From contig JAOZIB010000018.1 of the NCBI GenBank assembly GCA_026014565.1, positions 64,444 to 128,443 of the forward strand: a stretch of 64,000 bases of DNA, read 5' to 3'. The notes beneath the pieces were generated by a model, which was not told where the DNA came from, did no database searches, and saw only the letters and a program-made list of their open reading frames with translations. How positions within the stretch are numbered: the stretch's first letter is position 1; every line of letters begins with the position of its first letter. The translations under genes were made by a program, and so were the position numbers. Below, piece by piece: positions 43,657 through 54,479 of the stretch. This DNA comes from Candidatus Bathyarchaeum sp. (GTDB lineage: Archaea; Thermoproteota; Bathyarchaeia; Bathyarchaeales; Bathyarchaeaceae).

Positions 43657-44232
43657 GTGAACAAAAGTCGAATCATGTTACCCTCCATCGAAGAAGTAGC
43701 AAAAAAACGACGAATGATGGGACTAACCCAGCAAAAACTCGCCAGACTAGCAGGAGTAAGCCAATCCCTCATAGCAAAGCTTGAATCCCAAAAAATTGAC
43801 CCCGCCTACACTAAAGTGAAATCTATTTTTGACACTTTAGAAAGGATGCAAACTGAAACAGAAGTTTTGGCCGAAGAAATGCTACACAACAAAGTCATTG
43901 GAATCCAAAAAACCGACCTAGTTTCTAAAGCGGTTCAAACTATGGCAGAGCATGGTTATTCTCAGCTTCCGGTCTTTGATGGAGAACACGCCGTAGGCAG
44001 TATTTCGGAAAAGGCAATAATAGGAAAAGTTTCTGCAGGCAAGGACTTGTCACAGGTATCTAAGCTTTCTGTGGAAAAAGTGATGGAAGAAGCTTTTCCT
44101 CAAGTGGGAGAAGACGCCCCGTTACAGTTGATTTCTAGTTTACTACAGGTTTATCCCGCAGTTTTGATTTTATCCAAAGGAAGAGTTGTCGGAATAGTTA
44201 CCAAAGCGGATTTATTGAAGATGCTTCTATGA
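43657..44232 (+). CDS. XRE-type HTH + CBS-pair transcriptional regulator
   Basis: GLTQQKLARLAGVSQSLIAKLES is an HTH_3 motif. Two CBS motifs follow (YSQLPVFDGEHAVGSISE; VLILSKGRVVGIVTKADL). Divergent from the homocysteine cluster. Confidence 0.8.
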   Translation: MNKSRIMLPSIEEVAKKRRMMGLTQQKLARLAGVSQSLIAKLESQKIDPAYTKVKSIFDTLERMQTETEVLAEEMLHNKVIGIQKTDLVSKAVQTMAEHGYSQLPVFDGEHAVGSISEKAIIGKVSAGKDLSQVSKLSVEKVMEEAFPQVGEDAPLQLISSLLQVYPAVLILSKGRVVGIVTKADLLKMLL

Positions 44233-44242
44233 TGATACTAAA

Positions 44243-44989
44243 GTGGGGGAGGATTCTATGACTATTGCAGTTGAAGCAAAAAATATAATCAAAGATTTCG
44301 GAAACATCCGAGCCCTTGACGGACTAAACTTTACCATAAATGAGGGCGAAATCTTTGGATTAATAGGACTGAACGGAGCAGGAAAAACAACCACCTTGCG
44401 AATTGTTTCTACTCTTTTGTTGCCCACAGAAGGCACAATAACCGTGTTCGGCAACGAAGTAGTAAGCCAAGCCGATAAAGTCCGAAACATCATCAGCTAC
44501 CTGCCCGAAGAAGCAGGAGCCTACAAGAACCTTTCAGGGTTTGAGTACCTAGAGTTCATGGCAAAGTTTTCAACAAAAGACAAAAACAAAATTCAAGAAT
44601 TAGTTGATGGTGCAGCAGAGATTTCTGGACTGGGAGAGCGCCTTAAGGATAAAGTGAAAGGCTACAGCAAAGGAATGAAACGCAGGCTTCTAGTTGCCCG
44701 GGCGTTAATGACTAAACCCAAATTGGCGATACTGGACGAGCCAAACAGCGGCTTAGATGTTTTGCATTCTGTTCATGTTCGAAATCTTATCAAGCGTTAT
44801 GCCAAAGAAAAGGGTGTAACTATATTGTTATCGAGCCACAACATGCTTGAAGTTGAGTACCTTTGTGACAGGGTGGCAATTGTAAACAAAGGTCAAGTTG
44901 TGATAGAAGGCTCACCTGAAGAGCTTAAAACAAAATACAAGGCGCATAATCTTGAAGACGTGTTTGGGGAGGTAGTTGGTTTTGCTTGA
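44243..44989 (+). CDS. ABC-2 type transporter ATP-binding protein
   Basis: Walker A GLNGAGKTT, signature YSKGMKRRL, Walker B ILDEPNSGLD. Confidence 0.9.
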   Translation: MGEDSMTIAVEAKNIIKDFGNIRALDGLNFTINEGEIFGLIGLNGAGKTTTLRIVSTLLLPTEGTITVFGNEVVSQADKVRNIISYLPEEAGAYKNLSGFEYLEFMAKFSTKDKNKIQELVDGAAEISGLGERLKDKVKGYSKGMKRRLLVARALMTKPKLAILDEPNSGLDVLHSVHVRNLIKRYAKEKGVTILLSSHNMLEVEYLCDRVAIVNKGQVVIEGSPEELKTKYKAHNLEDVFGEVVGFA

Positions 44990-46286
44990 AGGGTTAATGA
45001 CCATTGTAATTAAAGAAATCAAAGAACTGGCAAGAGACCCCAAAATTTTGTTAAGCATGATAATTGTTCCACTGATAATGTTCCCGTTGATGGGTCTTGC
45101 TATGCAAATATCTATGGAGTCAGCAGGACAAAAAATCGAAGAAACTTCAATAGCAATCATAAACCAAGACCAAGGCGCAGTAGCGTCGAGTCTTGAAAAC
45201 TATCTAGTGGCATTTAATTTTACGGTAACATCCTTTGATGATATGTCGTTAGACCAAGCGATAAACAAGATTCAAGACACCAACATAACAAACTTGGTAA
45301 TCATTCCGGACGGATTCAGCCAAAACATAACTGACGGCAAAACAGGAAGCCTAACAGTTTACACACCCTTTGAAGGAGGAGGTGGAATCACTTCTGCAAC
45401 CCAATCGTCCGCCATAAATAGCATATTTTACAGTTTTGAAAACTACATCCTTGACCAAAGAATCCAAGAAGGATTCCCTGACGCAAACTCTACACAGATA
45501 TTAAATCCAATAAGTTACCAAGAAAAATCAATAATTAAGGGCAAAGCTGCAGATGTCAGCCCAGATACCTTGTTTGGTTTGATGCTATCTCAATCCGTTG
45601 CCATGCCAGCAGGAATAATGGCGTTGCTCACCTTTGCTATGCAACTAGCCGCTACTGCTGTTGCTTCAGAAAAAGAAGAAAAAACCCTAGAAACATTGTT
45701 AACCATGCCAATTAATAGGACCACAATTCTTGCAGGAAAATTAACTGGATCAATAGTAGTCGCCCTTGTTGGCGCCATAGCATACATTGTTGGTTTCATG
45801 TATTACATGAACTCCTTCACTGGACTGATAGGCCCAAGCAACGTAGACTTAGTTGCCCTAGGATTGGCACCAACAATTGAATCCTACGCAATTCTTGGAA
45901 CGTCCTTGTTTATGGCACTGCTTTCTGCTCTTGCCTTAGCAATCTCACTATCCATTTTTGCAGAAGATGTCCGAGGAGCCCAAGCACTGATTGGACCATT
46001 ATATATACTGTTTATTGTTCCAATGATTTTCACAATGTACACAGACATCAACGCACTGCCCTTTCCACTATCAATAATTCTTCTGGCGATACCCTTCACT
46101 CACTCTATGCTTGCTACAAACGTGTCCTTCACTGGAAACTACATCGGAGCCCTTGGCGGAATTGCATACATGGCAGTGTTTACTATTATAGTGCTGTTCA
46201 TCGCGTCCAGACTGTTTGGAACAGAAAAAATCCTAACGGCCAAACTAAAATTCCAACGCAAGAAAAAGACAAAACCAAGAGGGTAA
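44976..46286 (+). CDS. ABC-2 type transporter permease (NatB-like, large extracytoplasmic loop)
   Basis: 436 aa. One N-terminal TM, a ~170-aa loop, then five or more TM helices. Overlaps the ATPase gene by 14 nt. Confidence 0.8.
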   Translation: MVLLEGLMTIVIKEIKELARDPKILLSMIIVPLIMFPLMGLAMQISMESAGQKIEETSIAIINQDQGAVASSLENYLVAFNFTVTSFDDMSLDQAINKIQDTNITNLVIIPDGFSQNITDGKTGSLTVYTPFEGGGGITSATQSSAINSIFYSFENYILDQRIQEGFPDANSTQILNPISYQEKSIIKGKAADVSPDTLFGLMLSQSVAMPAGIMALLTFAMQLAATAVASEKEEKTLETLLTMPINRTTILAGKLTGSIVVALVGAIAYIVGFMYYMNSFTGLIGPSNVDLVALGLAPTIESYAILGTSLFMALLSALALAISLSIFAEDVRGAQALIGPLYILFIVPMIFTMYTDINALPFPLSIILLAIPFTHSMLATNVSFTGNYIGALGGIAYMAVFTIIVLFIASRLFGTEKILTAKLKFQRKKKTKPRG

Positions 46287-46305
46287 AACCTCTCATTTTT
46301 GATTT

Positions 46306-49300
46306 TTACCAGAATTTTCTAGGCAGGCTGTCCATGTAATCGTTTAACGAACGTATATCAAACTTGTTTGCTTCTCGTTGTTCTAAGATTTTAGTTAAAG
46401 CTGATGCCAACTGCAAATTCGTTACTATGGGTATGTTAAATTCAACCGCCAACCTTCGGATTGTGTATTCATCGTCAAGAACTTCCGAGAACTTCACCAT
46501 ATGATTAGGCATGGGGATGTTGATAACCAGATGGATTTTGCCATTCTGCAAGTAGTCAACAATGTTTGGGCTTTGGTCTTTTTCTCGAACCTTATGCAAA
46601 ACAAACACGTTATCCACACCAGCATTTTGCATAACTTTAGCGGTGTTCTTGGTGGCATAGATTTTAAATCCAAGCCTTCGGAACGCCTGACCAATCGGGA
46701 CAACCTGTTTTTTGAGTTCTTCACCGCCCACAGTAATTAAAACTGATCCCCCAGGAGGAGGCATCTTAAACTCGGCAGACTGCATTGCCTTTGAAAGGGC
46801 ATCAGTAAAGTTTTCTCCCAAGCAAGCAACTTCTCCGGTGCTAAGCATTTCTACGCCCAGCACGGGGTCTGCCCCGCTTAGGCGCATGAAACTGAATTGG
46901 GGAACTTTTACGCCAAAGTGGCTGATTTCAGGTAAGTCAATAAAGCCAGAGTCCTTGAACTTTTTGCCCAGCATTGCAAGGGTTGCAAGTTCTATCATGT
47001 TTACACCCCTTGTTTTGCTCACATAAGGCATGCTCCGGGAAGCTCGCAGGTTGCATTCGATAACGTAGGTTACGCCGTTTTTGACCAAGTACTGAATGTT
47101 GTATGGACCCCTGATTTTGAGGGCTTCAACAATTTTGTCAGTGTAAGACGTAACAGTTTGCAAAACATCACTGTCCAAAGTTAACGATGGAATGCCCATA
47201 GTCGCATCTCCACTGTGAACTCCAGCGTTTTCCACGTGCTCAACTATGGCACCAATTATGTTGTTTTCACCGTCGTAGACACCGTCAACTTCCACTTCTT
47301 TAGCGTTTTCAATAAACTTCGAAATAACCACAGGGTGGTCTTTGGAAACTTTAGCTGCAAGTTTAAGGTAATCTTCTAGTTCGTCTTCGGTGTAAGCAAC
47401 CCTCATCGCAGATCCAGACAACACGTAACTGGGACGAATCAGAACCGGATAACCAACCATATCAGCGAACTTTTTGAGGTCACTGGCGGTAGACAAATCC
47501 CGCCACTCAGGCTGAGGAATTCCAAGAGTGTCCAATAACGCACTGAATTTGACGCGGTCTTCGGCTTGGTCGATGCTCTTTCCTGTTGTTCCCAAAATGT
47601 TAACGCCCACATTAGACAATTTTAAGGCGACGTTATTGGGGATTTGACCACCCACGCTGGCGATTATGCCCATGGGTTGCTCTTTGTCGTAGATGTCTAG
47701 GATTCTTTCAAGGGTTAACTCTTCAAAATAGAGCTTGTCACTCATGTCGTAGTCGGTGGAAACGGTTTCCGGGTTGTAGTTAACCATGATGGCTTCATCG
47801 ATGTCATTCTTTTTCAAAGCCCAAATGGTGTTAACTCCACACCAGTCAAACTCAACACTAGAACCAATCCGGAAAACTCCTGCACCCAGAACAATTACCT
47901 TCTTTTTCTCTGAACTAAACTGGATGTCGTCCTCGTCACCGCCATAAGTCAAATACAAATAGTTAGTCTTGGCAGGCCACTCTGCAGCTAGAGTGTCTAT
48001 CTGCTTTATTGCAGGAATGATGTTTGCTTGTTTTCGCAGTTTCCGTATGGTAAACTGGTCTGTGCCTCTGCAAATACCAATCTGAAGGTCAGAAAAGCCT
48101 ATGCGTTTTGCTTCGCGTAAAGTGTCAAAGAAGTCGTTGTCTTGTTGGCTGATAGTTTCCAGCTTGTTTTGCATGTCGATGACGTTTTTGATTTTGTGCA
48201 AAAAGAACGGATCCACACCGCTCAAATCATAGATTTCTTCGATGCTCATGCCTTGTTTGAGGGCTTTTACAATCATGTACAAGCGCTGGTCGGTAGGATG
48301 AGCCAAAACATCCTTGATTGTTTCCATGGAGTCGGGTTCGTCTTCTTCCGCGTTGCAAACCAACCCATGCTTGCCAATATCCAACATTCGAATGGCTTTT
48401 TGCAGGGCTTCTTCAAAGCATCGTCCGATTCCCATGACTTCACCCACAGATTTCATTTGGGGTCCGACGTGGCTGTCGACATTTTTGAATTTTTGAAGAT
48501 CCCAGCGAGGATGTTTTACTACCAGATAATCAAGAGCAGGCTCAAAACATGCAGTAGTTACATGGGTTACCTTGTTTTGCAGTTCAGGCAATGTGTAACC
48601 AATACACAATTTAGCTGCAATGTATGCAATGGGGTATCCGGTGGCTTTGCTTGCTAAGGCAGAGCTTCGGGAGAGGCGGGCGTTAACTTCGATGGCTCGG
48701 ATTTCTTCAGATTTGGTGTCCAAGGCCCATTGGATGTTGCATTCACCGACTACGCCTAGGCTGCGTATGGCACTTATGGATGCAGAACGAAGGATGTGGT
48801 ATTCCCTGTTTGAAAGGGTCTGGGAAGGGGCAACTACGATGGAGTCGCCAGTGTGAACGCCCATTGGGTCAAAGTTTTCCATGTTACAAACGATAATACA
48901 GTTGTCGTCGTAGTCACGCATTACTTCATATTCGACTTCTTTCCAGTGGCCCAAATACTCTTCAATCAGAACCTGAGAAATCATGCTCTGACCCAAGGCT
49001 TTGCTGACAATGTCTTTGAGTTCTTCTTCACTGTAGGCTACGCCAGAGCCTTTACCACCCAAAGTATAAGCTACCCGAATAATAACAGGATAACCAATTT
49101 CTTTTCCAACTTCCACAGCATCTTCCAAAGTACTGGCAGATTTACTTTTAGCAATAGAAACCCCAGCCTTCAACATAGACTGACGGAAAAGCTCACGGTC
49201 TTCTGTATCTTCAATGGTTTTTACAGGAGTTCCCAATACTTTGACTCCATATTTGTCCAAAATTCCTTTTTGGGCGAGCTGAACTCCACAGTTAAGTGCA

Positions 49301-49581
49301 GTCTGCCCTCCAAAACTTAGCATAATGGCATCGGGGCGCTCCTTGGCGATTACTTCTTCCACGAACTCGGGAGTTACAGGCAAAAGGTAAACTTTTCCAG
49401 CGAGCCGTGGGTCAGTTTGGATGGTTGCAATGTTTGGGTTAACTAGGACGGTTTCGATTCCTTCTTCACGAAGAGCCTTCAGGCACTGGCTTCCGGAGTA
49501 GTCAAATTCTGCTGCTTCTCCGATTTTGATGGCGCCGCTACCCAATACTATGACTTTTTTTATCCATTCAAACTTGGGCAT
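46306..49581 (-). CDS. carB: Carbamoyl-phosphate synthase large subunit
   Basis: 1091 aa with a duplicated ATP-grasp architecture and an MGS-like C-terminal domain. Start abuts the carA stop. Confidence 0.97.
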   Translation of the reverse strand: MPKFEWIKKVIVLGSGAIKIGEAAEFDYSGSQCLKALREEGIETVLVNPNIATIQTDPRLAGKVYLLPVTPEFVEEVIAKERPDAIMLSFGGQTALNCGVQLAQKGILDKYGVKVLGTPVKTIEDTEDRELFRQSMLKAGVSIAKSKSASTLEDAVEVGKEIGYPVIIRVAYTLGGKGSGVAYSEEELKDIVSKALGQSMISQVLIEEYLGHWKEVEYEVMRDYDDNCIIVCNMENFDPMGVHTGDSIVVAPSQTLSNREYHILRSASISAIRSLGVVGECNIQWALDTKSEEIRAIEVNARLSRSSALASKATGYPIAYIAAKLCIGYTLPELQNKVTHVTTACFEPALDYLVVKHPRWDLQKFKNVDSHVGPQMKSVGEVMGIGRCFEEALQKAIRMLDIGKHGLVCNAEEDEPDSMETIKDVLAHPTDQRLYMIVKALKQGMSIEEIYDLSGVDPFFLHKIKNVIDMQNKLETISQQDNDFFDTLREAKRIGFSDLQIGICRGTDQFTIRKLRKQANIIPAIKQIDTLAAEWPAKTNYLYLTYGGDEDDIQFSSEKKKVIVLGAGVFRIGSSVEFDWCGVNTIWALKKNDIDEAIMVNYNPETVSTDYDMSDKLYFEELTLERILDIYDKEQPMGIIASVGGQIPNNVALKLSNVGVNILGTTGKSIDQAEDRVKFSALLDTLGIPQPEWRDLSTASDLKKFADMVGYPVLIRPSYVLSGSAMRVAYTEDELEDYLKLAAKVSKDHPVVISKFIENAKEVEVDGVYDGENNIIGAIVEHVENAGVHSGDATMGIPSLTLDSDVLQTVTSYTDKIVEALKIRGPYNIQYLVKNGVTYVIECNLRASRSMPYVSKTRGVNMIELATLAMLGKKFKDSGFIDLPEISHFGVKVPQFSFMRLSGADPVLGVEMLSTGEVACLGENFTDALSKAMQSAEFKMPPPGGSVLITVGGEELKKQVVPIGQAFRRLGFKIYATKNTAKVMQNAGVDNVFVLHKVREKDQSPNIVDYLQNGKIHLVINIPMPNHMVKFSEVLDDEYTIRRLAVEFNIPIVTNLQLASALTKILEQREANKFDIRSLNDYMDSLPRKFW

Positions 49582-50724
49582 TTAGTCCGCCTCCAATACC
49601 ATTTTTTTGAGTTTTTCAAAAAGAAACTCCGTGTCGTAAGGTCCAGGGGAGGCTTCAGGGTGCCATTGCAGGGCAAATGCGGGTTTGGTTTTGTGTTTTA
49701 CACCTTCAACAGTTTTGTCGTTGGCGTTCATGAACCACTCTTTTAGTCCAGTGTCTTTGATGGATTCTCGCTTTACGGTGTAACCATGGTTTTGGGTTGT
49801 AATGTAACAGCGCCCAGTTTCCAAATCCAGAGCAGGTTGGTTTTGGGACCGGTGACCGTACTTTAGTTTGTAAGTGTCCCCACCTACAGCCAAAGCCAGA
49901 ATTTGGGTTCCAAGACAAACACCCATCATGGGCATGTTTTCATCCAGCAATTCTGCAACGGTTTCAACGGTTTGAACACAGTTTTTGGGGTCTCCTGGAC
50001 CGTTGCTTATCATTACGGCGTCAGGGCTGTATTGCAGAATCTGGTCTGCAGTAAAATCATAAGGCACCCGCATAACGTCAAAGCCGATTCTTTGGAGGTT
50101 ACGAATGATGCCGTATTTGACGCCACAGTCAATCAAAACTGCGGTGTGGTTTCCTCCGGAGGGATAAAGGGTTGGCTGTTTGACGGTTACTTGTTTTGCA
50201 AGGTCAGTAAAGTTGGGGTCTTTTACTGTTTTTACTTCTTCCACCAGTTCGGGTATATTTGGCTCTTCCCCTGCTTCACAAACTTTTAAGATTCCCAGCA
50301 TGACACCGTTTACTCGCAGTTTTTTGGTGAGTTTTCGGGTGTCGATTCCGTAGATTCCGGGGACATCTTCGTCTTTGAGCCATTGGTCAAGAGATCGGGT
50401 GTTTGCCCAATGGAAGGGGTGTTTGCATAGTTCGTGAACAATAAAACCGGTTACTTTGATGCTGTCAGACTCGAAATATTTGAGGACGCTGTTTTCTTCT
50501 TTAAAGGGTGGAACACCATAGTTTCCAACCAAAGGATACGTGAAAGTGAGGATTTGGCCTTTGTACGAAGGGTCGGTTAAGGATTCGGGGTATCCGACCA
50601 TTGAGGTGGAAAATACGATTTCTCCGGAGACTTTTTTGGGGGCTCCAAACCCATGTCCAACAAAGGTGGAGCCGTCTTCTAAAACAAGAACAGCTTTGCC
50701 GGTTTCTTTAGTTTTTGTGTTCAC
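49582..50724 (-). CDS. carA: Carbamoyl-phosphate synthase small (glutaminase) subunit
   Basis: 380 aa. GATase triad region MMGVCLGTQILA ... QWHPE. Confidence 0.95.
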   Translation of the reverse strand: MNTKTKETGKAVLVLEDGSTFVGHGFGAPKKVSGEIVFSTSMVGYPESLTDPSYKGQILTFTYPLVGNYGVPPFKEENSVLKYFESDSIKVTGFIVHELCKHPFHWANTRSLDQWLKDEDVPGIYGIDTRKLTKKLRVNGVMLGILKVCEAGEEPNIPELVEEVKTVKDPNFTDLAKQVTVKQPTLYPSGGNHTAVLIDCGVKYGIIRNLQRIGFDVMRVPYDFTADQILQYSPDAVMISNGPGDPKNCVQTVETVAELLDENMPMMGVCLGTQILALAVGGDTYKLKYGHRSQNQPALDLETGRCYITTQNHGYTVKRESIKDTGLKEWFMNANDKTVEGVKHKTKPAFALQWHPEASPGPYDTEFLFEKLKKMVLEAD

Positions 50725-50747
50725 TTTTATGACCTACACTATTGTAA

Positions 50748-52226
50748 TCATTTTTTAGGTATGTAGTGCTGAGTCGCAGAATTTAGTTCCACGTCAGCTT
50801 TTTCTAGCCTGCTATTTTGGTCTTTGAGGCTTGTTTTGGATTTGCTCGTTAACGTTTTTCGGTTTTTGAGCATTCGTTTGACTTCTGCTGGAGCAGGTCC
50901 ACCCAAAGTTTTGTGGCTTTCCACACATTTTTGGGGGTCAATTGAGTTCTTTATGTCCTCCAGTTTAACGGCTAGAGTGATTCCCGCACAATCTTTAGCG
51001 GTCTTATTTAATTGTTCAGGTGACAAGTCCGAAAGGGCTAAATTTTTGGCAATTAGGGTTTTGACTAGGGTTCCCACTATCTTGTGAGAGGTTCGGAAAG
51101 GAACCGTGTATTTTTTCACCAGCATGTTAGCCAGTTCAGTAGTTGTTGAGTAATTCAAAACCTGTTTACCAAACACGTTTGGGTTGACTTTGAGGTTCTT
51201 GGCGAGTTCAGAAAGAATGCATACAGATTCTTCGACAGTTTCGATGGATTCCCAAAGTTTGGGAGTTAACTCTTGAAGGTCCAAGTTGTATCCCGAAGGC
51301 AAGGCTTTCATTGTTGTTGCGCATGCTACAAAATTGCCCAGTATTTGGCTCATCCGTGCCCTAATTACTTCAAGAACATCAGGATTTTTCTTCTGAGGCA
51401 TAATGCTACTAGTGAAGGCAAAACTTTCGGGCAAATCCAGTATCCCAAAGTCGGGGCTGCTCCAAACTAGAAAGTCTTCAGCGATTCGGGTAACGTCTGT
51501 TGCTAGCAAGGTTAGGTCTGCGAGGGGTTCTAGTACAAAGTCTCGGCTGCCTACGGCGTCTATGGAGTTTTCTAGCACGCCATCAAAGCCCAGTAGTTGG
51601 GCGGTTTGGTTTCGATTTATTGGGAAACTGGTTGTTGCGATTGCGCCGGCTCCCATGGGGCATTTGTTTACGCGGGGGTAGGTTTCTTGGAGTCGGTTGA
51701 TGCTTCGTTGTAGGGCGTCTACGTAAGAAACCAGAAGGTGACCAAAAGTTATGGGCTGGGCGGGGTGCAAATGAGTGTACGATGGAACTAAAGTTTCTGT
51801 GTTTTTTTGTGCAAGTTCTATTAGGGATTCTTGCAAGGCAACTATGACTGCGATGAGGTCTAGGATTTCGGTTCGCAGAGCCATTCGTATGGCGGTTGCC
51901 ACTTGGTCGTTTCGGCTTTTTGCGACGTGCAGGTTTCCGGCGATTTCAGGTTTTAGTTTTTTGTTGATTTCTTCTTCAACTGCCAAGTGAACGTCTTCAA
52001 GGGAGGGGTCTAGTTTCATTTTTGGGTCGATTTCTGACAGGGCTTTTAGAAGTTGGGCACCGGTTTCGGTGGAGATTATTTGTTGTTCTGTGAGCATGGT
52101 TACGTGGGCTTTGTTGATTTTAATCACAGCTTCCAGTAGCTTTTTGTCGCTTTTTATGGATGCAGTAAACTCTACCGCATCTTTTCGGGCAGAGCCGATT
52201 CGGCCGCCACGCAACAGCTTAGACAA
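50748..52226 (-). CDS. argH: Argininosuccinate lyase
   Basis: SRNDQVAT and SSIMPQKKNPD fumarate-lyase signatures; 492 aa. Confidence 0.95.
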   Translation of the reverse strand: MSKLLRGGRIGSARKDAVEFTASIKSDKKLLEAVIKINKAHVTMLTEQQIISTETGAQLLKALSEIDPKMKLDPSLEDVHLAVEEEINKKLKPEIAGNLHVAKSRNDQVATAIRMALRTEILDLIAVIVALQESLIELAQKNTETLVPSYTHLHPAQPITFGHLLVSYVDALQRSINRLQETYPRVNKCPMGAGAIATTSFPINRNQTAQLLGFDGVLENSIDAVGSRDFVLEPLADLTLLATDVTRIAEDFLVWSSPDFGILDLPESFAFTSSIMPQKKNPDVLEVIRARMSQILGNFVACATTMKALPSGYNLDLQELTPKLWESIETVEESVCILSELAKNLKVNPNVFGKQVLNYSTTTELANMLVKKYTVPFRTSHKIVGTLVKTLIAKNLALSDLSPEQLNKTAKDCAGITLAVKLEDIKNSIDPQKCVESHKTLGGPAPAEVKRMLKNRKTLTSKSKTSLKDQNSRLEKADVELNSATQHYIPKK

Positions 52227-52296
52227 CTTTTTTCACATCCAACTCATTTTTTCGTTTTTTATAGAAACTAACAATCCGTTTGGGCTGTTGGTTTCG

Positions 52297-53508
52297 TTAA
52301 CATTTGTTTTGTTTTTTGGCTTTCTCCTTTAGTTGGGTAGCTACCCGAGTGGGCAGTCCCCAAAGTTCGATGAAGCCTTCAGCAGAGGCTTGGTTAAAGG
52401 AGGTTTCAACCTCATATGTGGCCAAGTTTTTGTCATACAAGGACATTGGGGATGATCGTCCTGCAGACCAGCATCGGCCTTTGTATAGTTTCATTTTTAC
52501 TTCGCCGCAGACTCGTTCCTGAGTCTTGTTAATGAACCCGTCCAAGGCTTCTCGCAGGGGGTCAATCCACAAGCCAGTGTAAACCATCCAAGCCCATTTT
52601 TCATCTATCATTTTTTTGAATTCAAGCTCGTGTCGAGTGAGAACCAATTTTTCTAGATCTTTGTGGGCTTCAATGAGAACTTCTGCTGCAGGGTTTTCAT
52701 AGATTTCCCTTGATTTGATTCCGACTAAGCGGTCTTCGATGTGGTCTACTCGTCCGACTCCGTGTTTGCCTGCGATTTCGTTTAGTTTTTCTACCAAGGC
52801 TACGGGGTCCATTTTTTTGCCGTTTAAGGCGACGGGGACTCCGGCTTCAAAGCAAATTGAAACATATTCTGGAGTGTCGGGGGCTTTTTCTGGGGAAGTA
52901 GTTACGGTGTAAATTTCTTCCAAGGGTTCTTGGTCGGCGTTTTCTAGAGGTCCGCATTCTATGCTTCGCCCCCAGATGTTTTCGTCGATACTATAAGGGT
53001 CAGAAAGGTGAGGAATTGCTATGCCTTTTTCTTTGGCGTATTTGATTTCTTCTTCCCGGCACATGCCCCATTCGCGCACAGGAGCCATAACCTTCAGGTC
53101 AGGAGCCAAAGCCTTGACAGTGATGTCGAAGCGTACTTGGTCATTTCCTTTTCCAGTGCAACCATGGGCAACTGCCATGGCACCTTCTTTTTGTGCAATT
53201 TCAACCAGTTTTTTGGCAATTAATGGTCGTCCAAGGGCAGTTCCCATTGGATATTTTGATTCGTAGAGGGCGTTTGCTTTGATGGCGGGAAAAACGTATT
53301 GGGTTATGAATTCTTTTGTGCCATCTATGGAGTAGTGTTTTTTGGCGCCCAAACTGTTGGCTTTTTCTTCGACTTTGGCTAGGTTGCTTTTTTGGCCCAG
53401 CTCCATGGTGAATGTAATTACATCTACGTCACAGTTTTCCTGTAACCATTTTATGAGAACGGACGTGTCCAGTCCGCCAGAATAGGCTAAGATTACGGTA
53501 TCTTTCAT
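52297..53508 (-). CDS. argG: Argininosuccinate synthase
   Basis: AYSGGLDTS P-loop and GCTGKGNDQVRF. ATG at 53508 (MKDTVILAYSGG) is preferred over the track start at 53565. Confidence 0.95.
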   Translation of the reverse strand: MKDTVILAYSGGLDTSVLIKWLQENCDVDVITFTMELGQKSNLAKVEEKANSLGAKKHYSIDGTKEFITQYVFPAIKANALYESKYPMGTALGRPLIAKKLVEIAQKEGAMAVAHGCTGKGNDQVRFDITVKALAPDLKVMAPVREWGMCREEEIKYAKEKGIAIPHLSDPYSIDENIWGRSIECGPLENADQEPLEEIYTVTTSPEKAPDTPEYVSICFEAGVPVALNGKKMDPVALVEKLNEIAGKHGVGRVDHIEDRLVGIKSREIYENPAAEVLIEAHKDLEKLVLTRHELEFKKMIDEKWAWMVYTGLWIDPLREALDGFINKTQERVCGEVKMKLYKGRCWSAGRSSPMSLYDKNLATYEVETSFNQASAEGFIELWGLPTRVATQLKEKAKKQNKC

Positions 53509-53597
53509 TTGAATTCCCAGTTTGTGGTGTTTAAATCCAGAAACCCTTATATAGATTTTGGTCAATATCTAAGTAAAACAAACAAAAGTGACCAAAA

Positions 53598-54260
53598 ATG
53601 GTCAATTCCATATCTAAAACCGTGCAAAACCTCATCGACGAAGACCTCTCCCTACAGGATGCCCTGCAACGAGACTACGCAAACCACAGCGCCATAGCAA
53701 GGATACTACTACCAAAAGTCCAAGAAAGCCTAGAAACCGAGGTAAACATGGAAAGCGTCATAACTTCAGTTAAACGAGCCAAAACAAACTACAACATACT
53801 AGAAGGAAAAATCACCAAAGTCGTGGCAGGCAGTGATTTAAACATCCGAACCGACATGGCAAAGGTTTCAGTTCATAAAACAAAAGAAACTCTGGAAAAA
53901 ATCCGAAAAACCCTTGCTACATTTCAAGGAGAATTTTTGCAAATAATTGAAGGAAACACCATAATCACCTTGATTGCAGATTTTAACTCCTTTAATGAAA
54001 TAACTTCAATTTTCACCCCAAACCAAGTAATCGACCAAAAACAAAACCTCGCAACCATAATCATCCGAAGCCCCGATGAAATAACCTATACTTCCGGATG
54101 CGTCCAAGCATTCTACAACGCCCTTTCCAGACGCCACATAAACATCGAAGAAACCATGAGCTGCTACACAGAAACCATAATCGTCCTAGCCATGGAAAAC
54201 GTCAGCAAAGCCTTCGCCGCCCTAACAGACCTCATAACAAAAGCCAGAACAAAACAGTAG
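53598..54260 (+). CDS. Hypothetical protein, possibly an ACT-domain-type amino-acid-binding regulator
   Basis: 220 aa, divergent from argG. Two beta-alpha-beta-beta-alpha-beta-like segments (MAKVSVHKTKETLEKIRKTL...; LATIIIRSPDEIT...AFYNALSRRHINIEE). Weak assignment. Confidence 0.3.
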   Translation: MVNSISKTVQNLIDEDLSLQDALQRDYANHSAIARILLPKVQESLETEVNMESVITSVKRAKTNYNILEGKITKVVAGSDLNIRTDMAKVSVHKTKETLEKIRKTLATFQGEFLQIIEGNTIITLIADFNSFNEITSIFTPNQVIDQKQNLATIIIRSPDEITYTSGCVQAFYNALSRRHINIEETMSCYTETIIVLAMENVSKAFAALTDLITKARTKQ

Positions 54261-54479
54261 CAAACTAACACAGCATATTAAGATACTAATAGAAGGTCTA
54301 TGTTGAAAAGAATCTTTTTCATAAAAATGAAACAAAACAAGCGATTGAATGAGAGCAAAAACCGAAAAAGTTACTTAACTAAGCTCATTTAATAATCACA
54401 GGAAAAATGGTTTGTCAAAATTTTTTGAGAAAAAAGCTTTACATAAAAAAATGAATTAATAATTGAAGGGACTGAAAAA

